Shown piece after piece: positions 41,098 through 47,663 of a stretch of DNA of 64,000 nucleotides. Under the pieces are notes generated by a model. The model had not been told where the DNA came from. It saw only the letters and a program-made list of their open reading frames with translations, and made no database searches. A program made the position numbers and the translations under genes. How positions within the stretch are numbered: position 1 is the first letter of the stretch; every line of letters starts with the position of its first letter. This stretch comes from a virus: positions 10,867 to 74,866 of IMG/VR virus record IMGVR_UViG_3300037155_000072; one strand, written 5' to 3'.

Positions 41098-41475
41098 TCA
41101 GGCCGTCTTGGCAACCTCTTCAGTGGCCTGCGCGCGGTTGGCGGCATTCTGGTAATCAATGCGGGTCAGCGCGCGCTGAAGCAGGGCAGTGAAGCCGGTA
41201 ATCAGCGGCGTGTATTCCTGATTGATTGCGACCCAGCAGCCGAAAAACTCTTCAGCATGCGCCAGCAAGGCACCGTGCAGAAAATTAATTAGGCCCGCCT
41301 TCTCCGCATCATCGCGAGGGTTGGATATTGCATTTGCGTTGAGCTGCTTCAGCTTCGCATAGGCACCGATGATTTGCTGCGCTTCCGCAGGAGTCAGTGA
41401 GGTGCGCGGTGCAACAGCGGGGTTGGGTTCGCCGGTGGGTGTGGTGGGTTGTCCATTAACATTTACGATGCTCAT
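41098..41475 (-). CDS. Hypothetical protein
   Basis: Clean ORF with A-rich leader. Confidence 0.6.
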   Translation of the reverse strand: MSIVNVNGQPTTPTGEPNPAVAPRTSLTPAEAQQIIGAYAKLKQLNANAISNPRDDAEKAGLINFLHGALLAHAEEFFGCWVAINQEYTPLITGFTALLQRALTRIDYQNAANRAQATEEVAKTA

Positions 41476-41669
41476 GTATTAGTTTGTGTTGTTTTGTTTA
41501 ACTATGCGTTGAATCTATCATGGTGCGTCAGGCACCACAACCTCTAAGTGAAAGAAAAACTGGGTGCCGTCGTGTCCCCGGGCGAGTGTGGTTTTAACTG
41601 GAAAAATATCCATTCCCAAACACCACACTAGAATTTTCTCCAGGTCCCACTTCGATGGAAATATCCAGG

Positions 41670-42470
41670 TCATGATACCTCATCCCCGGCGATGGTGTCG
41701 GAGATACGTTTAAACGTGTCGGCACAGTCCGGTATGGCGTTGATTGCGTTTTGGAGATTGGCAAATCTTTGAGTCGTCTCCTGATACCTAGACTCCTCCT
41801 CCCGGCAGGCACGGCTCATATCTTCCTGCTGTTGCGTGCCCATGTCTGCTAACCGGGTGAGTAGTTGAGTGAGTTGTTGTTCGAGTTGGCTAATGTGCTT
41901 GTTCATGCCCAGCAGCTCACCGCGTATCGTGAGAAAACCCTGGCGTTGCTCGTCGAGTAGCTGCTCCAGGGCGTCCCGAATCGATTCGTTAGTGCCCTTC
42001 CCTACCGCTTTCAACGCAACCTGCTCCGACAGCTCCTCCGCCGAAGGAAGGAGCTTCAGACTAATCAGGATGTTCTCGTAATCCTCCAGCAGCCCGCGAT
42101 GGACTGGCTCCTCCCCCATATCTCGGGAGGCTTGGTCCAGTGAAAAATTGAACCGAGTGGGGAGTGCGCCGCCACGCTTGCGATACTTCCAAAAGAAAAG
42201 CAGCGCCATGTCCGCAATCCGAAGCGCATTTAGGTAGTCCTTTTGCGGGAGTTGGCCCACGGTGATTTGTTGGCCGCATACCAGGACACGGACCAACAGC
42301 TTAGGGTGCTTCGAGTCGGGCCGCAGGAGACTCACGTTGCACCACTCGGCGGTCTGGAGTGCGAGGAGGGCGGCACGCGCTTCGCTGTCCGCGTGAAGCT
42401 TTGTCATGAAGCCCGTGGTGTTAATTAGCTCCTGGTGCGCCCGGAGCTGAGGGTATTTTGGTTTGTTCAT
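41670..42470 (-). CDS. Possible AP2-like DNA-binding + coiled-coil protein
   Basis: VRVLVCGQQITVG.....ALRIADMALLFF resembles AP2; leaderless promoter TTGTAG-N17-TATGGT. Confidence 0.45.
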   Translation of the reverse strand: MNKPKYPQLRAHQELINTTGFMTKLHADSEARAALLALQTAEWCNVSLLRPDSKHPKLLVRVLVCGQQITVGQLPQKDYLNALRIADMALLFFWKYRKRGGALPTRFNFSLDQASRDMGEEPVHRGLLEDYENILISLKLLPSAEELSEQVALKAVGKGTNESIRDALEQLLDEQRQGFLTIRGELLGMNKHISQLEQQLTQLLTRLADMGTQQQEDMSRACREEESRYQETTQRFANLQNAINAIPDCADTFKRISDTIAGDEVS

Positions 42471-42514
42471 GCCGCCACCATACCAGCCTCTACCACGAAC
42501 TACAACCTCATTTC

Positions 42515-42706
42515 ATTAAGTCATTACATTAGGTCGTCGGCATGCCTACAGGCCCCCCCAGCAGCCTCCTACTGTTTTACATCGCCCCACTACATCTTTT
42601 CTGTATATAATTTTTCATAGCATAACTATGTAAGACCTATGTAAAACAGTAGAAGGATGCTGGGGGGGTTTGTAGGCATGCCAACGACCTATTGCAATGG
42701 ATTAAT
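42515..42706. repeat. 68-bp inverted repeat around AT-rich spacer; candidate replication origin
   Basis: 42515-42582 vs 42639-42706: 59/68 identical, ungapped; at strand switch. Confidence 0.75.
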
Positions 42707-42926
42707 AATACAGTTGATTAGTAGTTGGTTGACGCCCAGCCTCGGGTCAGCGACACCTTTTCGTGAACAAGCCTTCCGATGTCGCCAAACGCCTATTCGC
42801 GGGCTCCCCTCCAGGGATACGCAAGTTGGCCACCCAGTCTCGTAAAGAGCGCAGGGAGACAGCGCGGAAGGAGTTTAAACGCACCCAGCAGGAGATTGGT
42901 GCTTGGCAACAACAGAAGCCCCGAAC

Positions 42927-43118
42927 ATGAGCAACCAGACCATCGAAGTAACTCGGCGCGATTTGCGCCTACTATGCACTGCGATTGAAAGTCGCAAAGA
43001 CCGCATCGCCCCATCGGAGTTCCGCATAGTGGAGAACCTGAAGATTCTCGGCGCGCAGGACCACACTGGAACCGTGTTCATTCCCACTCCCCTCTACGAC
43101 ATTTTTCTAAGCTTATGA
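42927..43118 (+). CDS. Hypothetical protein
   Basis: First + strand ORF, coupled to next. Confidence 0.45.
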   Translation: MSNQTIEVTRRDLRLLCTAIESRKDRIAPSEFRIVENLKILGAQDHTGTVFIPTPLYDIFLSL

Positions 43119-43345
43119 GTAAACTAACAGGAATGGACCGCTGCCCCAGGTGCGGCCACAAATCAGTTGATTGGGACAATCGCATGTGCGCACGCATTGA
43201 ATGCCGCGCGCCATTGCTGCGCCAGGGCGATAGCGCAATCAAGCTGGACCCCGAGCAACCTTGGTATATGTGGATTGTGCGCGGTGCCAATGGGCGAACC
43301 GGCTGGTTCCGCAAGCCCTTCGTGACTCAATTCAAAAACTGGTGA
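43115..43345 (+). CDS. Small Zn-finger protein
   Basis: CPRC...C....C. Confidence 0.5.
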   Translation: MSKLTGMDRCPRCGHKSVDWDNRMCARIECRAPLLRQGDSAIKLDPEQPWYMWIVRGANGRTGWFRKPFVTQFKNW

Positions 43346-43348
43346 CGT

Positions 43349-44164
43349 ATGGTCGGTGAATCAGATTTGCAGACTCTACGAATGAAGGACGCTCAGCGCC
43401 GGGCCGAGGAGGCATTACGTGAATGCAACCGTGACGTGCCCGTGGCGCGCGGCTACACCGAGGTGCCATTTGACCGAGAGCAGGCTTTTCTACTTTACGC
43501 ATCCTTCAGTGGCGACATCACACGCACTGCACACGCCCTCGGCACCTCGGCCGAGGTGGTGATAAAGATTGTCGAGGAGGGCGACTGGCATACTCGGCTC
43601 AAGGCTGTGCTGTTGCTTCGTGGGTGTGGCCGCCCCGGTGACGTAGAGCGCAGTATAAATCGAAGCGTGAATTTTGCCCAGGCCCATCGAGCCCGGCTTT
43701 TCCTTGAGCGCCTTATCACCAAGATATACCGGCTGACTGATGATGAGCTTCAGGAGTATTGCTTCATGACCGAGACCAAGACTCGTAAGGACAAGGTGAC
43801 TGGCGAGGTTGAGGAGACAACCGAGAAGAAGATTTCAACCCGGCCGTTCGCAGACCTTGCGAGCGCAATCGAGAAGATACACAACCTCACCTATGTCGCC
43901 CTGGCGGACAGCGCCGCAGAGCGTAAGGGCAGAGCAGAGCGTGAGGCATCGGAGGACACCACACCCACCTTGGACATCCATGCGGCTATCAGCGCAGCGG
44001 TAGCGGCCGCCCAAGGCGACGGCGGGCCTCGTGCTCAACTCTTCGAGGGCCAGCTTGAGCAGGTCAAGAACCTTGCGGCCGAGCACGAGATAATCAAGGA
44101 CCAGAAGCTGGCCGGGACTCGTGACGACCTGACTATTCACCCACTCCACCCACTAGCAACATGA
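43349..44164 (+). CDS. Putative terminase small subunit
   Basis: N-terminal HTH, helical oligomerisation-like core; start of packaging strand. Confidence 0.5.
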   Translation: MVGESDLQTLRMKDAQRRAEEALRECNRDVPVARGYTEVPFDREQAFLLYASFSGDITRTAHALGTSAEVVIKIVEEGDWHTRLKAVLLLRGCGRPGDVERSINRSVNFAQAHRARLFLERLITKIYRLTDDELQEYCFMTETKTRKDKVTGEVEETTEKKISTRPFADLASAIEKIHNLTYVALADSAAERKGRAEREASEDTTPTLDIHAAISAAVAAAQGDGGPRAQLFEGQLEQVKNLAAEHEIIKDQKLAGTRDDLTIHPLHPLAT

Positions 44165-44475
44165 TTAGACCAATGACAGTTTATGGGCTCGTTGCATCTG
44201 ACGCTCCCACGTGCATTCGATACGTAGGCATGACGGGGCTCCCCTTCAATACACGAGCTCGACTACATCAGGTGTGTCCCACCAACCCCAAGATGAGGGC
44301 GTGGTTCGGCGCAGTGAAATCGAGACGAGCAAAGGTCGGCGCGGTGACATTGGGCCGCTACTCTAATCTGGCCGGGGCAGCGCGCGGGGAGCGTTGCTGG
44401 TTTGACCTTCTCTCGTGGTATTCGGAGCTGCTTAATGGTGTGGTCCCGGGCACCAACCAGCGACTGGCAGCGTAA
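44161..44475 (+). CDS. GIY-YIG endonuclease-like
   Basis: VYGL...IRYVGMT...R..LH...E..W...LLN. Confidence 0.7.
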   Translation: MIRPMTVYGLVASDAPTCIRYVGMTGLPFNTRARLHQVCPTNPKMRAWFGAVKSRRAKVGAVTLGRYSNLAGAARGERCWFDLLSWYSELLNGVVPGTNQRLAA

Positions 44476-44790
44476 GCGAGTCCGAACCGAAAGTGTCCCG
44501 TGTTTGGACAGTGTGCTCGGCCTCCGCTCTATTGTAGGGCCTATACCACTACAGGTTGTGGTGTGACAAGGCTCACCACCATTAGGCCAGTGCGCCTTTC
44601 TTTAGAAAGATTTCCAATACCCCCGACCCGCACCTGGAGCCGCGCAGGGCGGCTAGCCGCGGCCGGTCGGCGGCACGAGGTGCCCCGGCCCTCCCAAAAT
44701 CGGCCGGGGGTGTCGGGGGGTTTTTCGTGGCACGATTCTCGCTTAGTGGCTCAAACGAGAGATGAAAAAACTGGTATCGAAAAAAAAAGG

Positions 44791-44819
44791 TTGTGGCCCC
44801 GGCCGCCCCGTGCTAAGGT
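44791..44819 (+). promoter_or_regulatory. Sigma70-type promoter (leaderless)
   Basis: TTGTGG-N17-(TGc)TAAGGT-7 nt-ATG. Confidence 0.5.
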
Positions 44820-44826
44820 TTGCGCC

Positions 44827-45147
44827 ATGAGCAATACTCCTCCGACACCGATTGAGCAGTCCCAGGCGGACTACGACCATTTCTATGCGCACCCTATGCT
44901 GACCATGGAGTCGGCGGCTCTACTCGCCAACGCAACCGCCCTGAACCGGCAGACGGCCCTCCGCGCGGAGGCCTGGGAGAAACCTCCCGTGACCGTCCCG
45001 ATTCACCCGGACCTGGACGAGCTGTCCCAGGAGCTCCTAACGACCCGGACTTACCTCGCCCGGTTGTGCAGCTTGGTTGACCACAACAGCAGCGCCCTCA
45101 CCGCCGAAGTTCGAGACCTACTTTTCGAAATCAAAACAAACCTGTAA
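44827..45147 (+). CDS. Hypothetical protein
   Basis: Start set by upstream promoter. Confidence 0.55.
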   Translation: MSNTPPTPIEQSQADYDHFYAHPMLTMESAALLANATALNRQTALRAEAWEKPPVTVPIHPDLDELSQELLTTRTYLARLCSLVDHNSSALTAEVRDLLFEIKTNL

Positions 45148-45150
45148 AAT

Positions 45151-45501
45151 ATGAGCAACCAAATCTCCTCTGGATTAGACCCGCGCATAGTCTCCGCCTA
45201 CGACGCCTCAATAACCCTCAGTGGCACCCCCGAGTGCCGCGCGCGGCTCGTGCAGGCCCACGTGCAGCTCATCACTTCCGGGGCGGTCGAGTTGGAGAAG
45301 CAAATCCAGTCTCTTCAGATGGAGGTAGTCCATTTGAGGGATGAGGTCCAGAAGTGGAAGGGCTACACCGGTAAGCTCCAGCTTTTTCTCATCGCCATAG
45401 AGCGGCACATTCTCGGCCGGGACTCGTTTGCTATTCGGGACTTCAATCACGTGAACTTCGCCGCCGATACGAAAAAAATTCTCGAAGAAACTTCGAAATA
45501 A
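45151..45501 (+). CDS. Coiled-coil hypothetical protein
   Basis: ORF. Confidence 0.55.
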   Translation: MSNQISSGLDPRIVSAYDASITLSGTPECRARLVQAHVQLITSGAVELEKQIQSLQMEVVHLRDEVQKWKGYTGKLQLFLIAIERHILGRDSFAIRDFNHVNFAADTKKILEETSK

Positions 45502-45504
45502 CGG

Positions 45505-45552
45505 TTGTGGTTTTTCGGGGTTGTGGTAACGTATGGATAGTTCTTTGTCAAT
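45505..45552 (+). promoter_or_regulatory. RNA-operon promoter plus boxA-like element
   Basis: TTGTGG-N16-(TGg)TAACGT; GTTCTTTGTCAAT at 45540, repeated at 46183. Confidence 0.5.
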
Positions 45553-45628
45553 CGCGGGGTAGCTCAGAGAAAGAGCACCGGGGTGTATTCCCCGGAGGTC
45601 GGAGGTTCAATTCCTTCTCCCGCGACCA
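45553..45628 (+). tRNA. Atypical tRNA, 8-nt anticodon loop (GTGTATTC; possibly GTA)
   Basis: Full cloverleaf, TTCAATT T-loop, A-CCA; anticodon arm CCGGG-GTGTATTC-CCCGG. Confidence 0.7.
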
Positions 45629-45637
45629 ATTTTAAAT

Positions 45638-45714
45638 TGCGGGGTGGAGCAGCCTGATAGCTCGTCGCGCTCATAACGCGAAGGTCGGTGGTTTAAATCC
45701 ACCTCCCGCAACCA
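45638..45714 (+). tRNA. tRNA-CAT with initiator-like body
   Basis: TCGCG-CTCATAA-CGCGA; fMet-like D arm; U1:A72 paired; CCA. Confidence 0.85.
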
Positions 45715-45718
45715 ATTT

Positions 45719-45790
45719 GGGCGGTCGTCTAACAATGTAGGACACCGGTCTTGACCGGAAAAGTAGGATTCTAAACCTGCCCGCCCGCCA
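45719..45790 (+). ncRNA. tRNA-like RNA with 4-nt anticodon loop (CTTG), Gln-like
   Basis: GGGCGG/CCGCCC-G-CCA, D stem, CCGGT-CTTG-ACCGG, GTAGG/CCTGC T arm. Confidence 0.65.
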
Positions 45791-45798
45791 ATCTAATC

Positions 45799-45947
45799 GC
45801 CGGGACTTTCCTCCCTTAAGTGGAGAGAATATGCGATACCGCTCCAAGGCCCGGCAACCTGGAGCGCGCCACTCGAAGGCGTAGTTGACTGGAGCCGAAA
45901 CGTAGAAGTTCGAGGACCGGCCGTCAGGGGCACGATACGCTCCACCA
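45799..45947 (+). ncRNA. Unassigned structured RNA ending in stem + CCA
   Basis: GCCGGG/CCCGGC; TGGAGCG/CGCTCCA-CCA-ATTT. Confidence 0.5.
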
Positions 45948-45950
45948 ATT

Positions 45951-46182
45951 TCCCCGTGCGGGGATGGAGTCACAAAAGCAGTGTGGCGCGAGTCGCACGC
46001 ATACAAAACTCCGGCGGCCCTTATTGGCCGGAAACGCGGCGGAAGTCTCCCTCGAAAGGGGCACAGGAAACCGCTGCGACAATTTAAGGCTAGCTGGAGC
46101 CTAAAACCGAGCCCGGCGTGTTTCAATTCTACTGAGCTCTGTCGCCGGTTTCAAGCAATCAGAGCCTGTGATTTTTCGGTTT
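45951..46182 (+). ncRNA. Unassigned structured RNA(s)
   Basis: Successive helices TCCCC/GGGGA, GGAGT/ACTCC, CGCGGCGG/CCGCTGCG with GAAA-capped hairpin, AAACCGA/TCGGTTT. Confidence 0.45.
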
Positions 46183-46197
46183 GTTCTTTGTCAATTT

Positions 46198-46535
46198 GGG
46201 CGTGAACTGGTTTCGACTTTGTCGGAGCCGTAGATAGCGCATGCACAGGATGTCTCGTTGGCCTGTTTAAACACCGAGGCAAAACATAAATGCTAAAAAC
46301 TCCGTAATGGAAGTGATTGACGCAGGTATGCAGTTGTTCGATATGTGTGCTCGGCCGGTCCGTGTCGCTGTTACCAACGGCGCGCGGGCAGTGAAGCAAA
46401 GCATCCGAGTCCAGTCTGGATTCGTTTCAGTGCCGTCAATGGCCTGATGGTGGAGGTAGGTAGTTCGGTAAGCATGTAAATCGTTTTCGAAAGCAGCGAC
46501 AAAACACGCGAGTTCGAATCTCGCCACGTCCACCA
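46198..46535 (+). ncRNA. ssrA: tmRNA with 51-codon tag ORF (46292-46447)
   Basis: GGGCGTG/CACGTCC-A-CCA with G3.U70; GGTTTCGAC; GCATGC/GCATGT helix 2; pk1; ATAAAT-GCT resume context; GCGAG-TTCGAAT-CTCGC T arm. Confidence 0.9.
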
Positions 46536-46537
46536 TT

Positions 46538-46725
46538 TCCCCGGGGCTGCAATCCTGGGGAGTATCGTGAGGGAAGTAATACGAGGGCCACCTACCCGGG
46601 AAAGGTAAGGTTCGTTAAAAGTCCTTCACAGCACCGGAGTAAAGGCCATAGAGAAACGAAGCACGTGAACTTCGGTCTCGGGCTCACACGAACAGCCTAT
46701 TCGACTCGTCACCTTCTCCGGTCAA
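46538..46725 (+). ncRNA. Unassigned structured RNA(s)
   Basis: TCCCCGGG/CCTGGGGA; GTGAGGGA/TCCTTCAC; ACCGGAG/CTCCGGT enclosing two hairpins, then CAATTT. Confidence 0.45.
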
Positions 46726-46731
46726 TTTTTT

Positions 46732-46814
46732 GGTCCGATAGTGTAAGAGCCTCTAAGCACAGCCAGGTGTTAACCCGGATTGGAGGGGCATTGCTCAAGC
46801 CTCACGGACCGCCA
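46732..46814 (+). ncRNA. tRNA-like RNA (GTT/Asn-like) with non-canonical T arm
   Basis: GGTCCG/CGGACC-G-CCA; GTGT/GCAC D stem; TGTTAA loop; GAGG/CCTC enclosing 13 nt without TTC. Confidence 0.55.
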
Positions 46815-46820
46815 ATTTTA

Positions 46821-46963
46821 TGGCCGACTAGTTTAATGGGATAGAGAACGCACGCGCAGGGAATAGACCACAAGTGTCCGGAGTTATATACCCGGCCGCC
46901 GGGAACCGTTTGGATGAAATCCGAATTCGCGTGAATGCCAGTTCGACTCCGGCTCGGCCACCA
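46821..46963 (+). ncRNA. tRNA-like RNA with 71-nt insertion in anticodon arm
   Basis: GGCCGA/TCGGCC-A-CCA; D arm; CACGCG[46857-46927]CGCGTG; TTCGACT T loop. Confidence 0.7.
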
Positions 46964-46968
46964 ATTTT

Positions 46969-47097
46969 ATGACACCACAAGTTTTCACCGTCGTCGCGGG
47001 CGCGCTCATCTACCTCGCGGCAAAAACAGTTTACTACGTTGCCGTCATCGCCGCGGGAATCGTGGTTGCCCGATTCTGCAAGTGGGGTGACTCCTAG
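46969..47097 (+). CDS. Small membrane protein (holin-like?)
   Basis: 42 aa, almost wholly hydrophobic. Confidence 0.45.
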   Translation: MTPQVFTVVAGALIYLAAKTVYYVAVIAAGIVVARFCKWGDS

Positions 47098-47100
47098 GTA

Positions 47101-47337
47101 GTGATGGCCTCAACTAAACACGAGGTGATTGAGACAATCACCCAGAAAGAATATTTCGAGCGGATTATCGAGGAACAGCAAAAAGCCCTCCGCCTCGCGG
47201 CTATTCCCGTGGACACCAAGCTCGACTATCTCACGGTGCGGGTTGACAAAATCGAAAAGACCCAGGCCCGGGCCGTAGGTATGGCGCTGGTCGGCGGCGC
47301 GCTAACGGGCGGGATAATCGGACACTTCTGGAAATAA
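47101..47337 (+). CDS. Coiled-coil + C-terminal TM protein (lysis-associated?)
   Basis: RVDKIEK followed by Gly-rich TM helix. Confidence 0.5.
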   Translation: MMASTKHEVIETITQKEYFERIIEEQQKALRLAAIPVDTKLDYLTVRVDKIEKTQARAVGMALVGGALTGGIIGHFWK

Positions 47338-47339
47338 AT

Positions 47340-47585
47340 ATGACTCTCTCGACTGCTGATTTAAATGGACTCAAGAAAGCGGCCAACCGAATGATTCAGG
47401 GCTCCGCCCTGGAGCTGCCCTTCGACGCCGACGTCGCGCAGATTCTCGGCCGCCACGCAACCGCTATCGGGTTCACCGACGGCGTTGGCACATTCGAGCA
47501 GGCTGTGAAACTCCGGCCCGTCTCCACGATGATTCTTTTCGTCGCCTTCGTTGGCGGCTCTGGCGCTGCGCTGCCACGGCCGTAA
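47340..47585 (+). CDS. Small protein paralogous to N-terminus of ice-binding protein
   Basis: LS..D...I.GSA...GF..G..GTF......P..T shared. Confidence 0.6.
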   Translation: MTLSTADLNGLKKAANRMIQGSALELPFDADVAQILGRHATAIGFTDGVGTFEQAVKLRPVSTMILFVAFVGGSGAALPRP

Positions 47586-47663
47586 AAATAGCAGGTTGCC
47601 AGTTTTCTTTTCGCGAGTGACCTATAGACGTAAACTCAATACGGTAGTCACTTAGATAAAATT

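Noticed and set aside
45799-45870. tRNA-associated HDV-like (theta) ribozyme
   Set aside because: Pseudoknot present but no P3/L3 or J4/2 element recognisable; not excluded without cmsearch
45966-46030. c-di-GMP-I riboswitch
   Set aside because: Lacks the GGCAAAC and GCAAAG core and is not upstream of a CDS
46035-46120. RNase P RNA
   Set aside because: Only vague likeness to the P4 strands; far too short; GAGGAAAGUCC absent
45671-46536. ORFs over the RNA operon
   Set aside because: Overlap tRNA/tmRNA structures and have no protein-like features
46857-46927. Group I intron in tRNA
   Set aside because: 71 nt is too short and P/Q/R/S elements are absent
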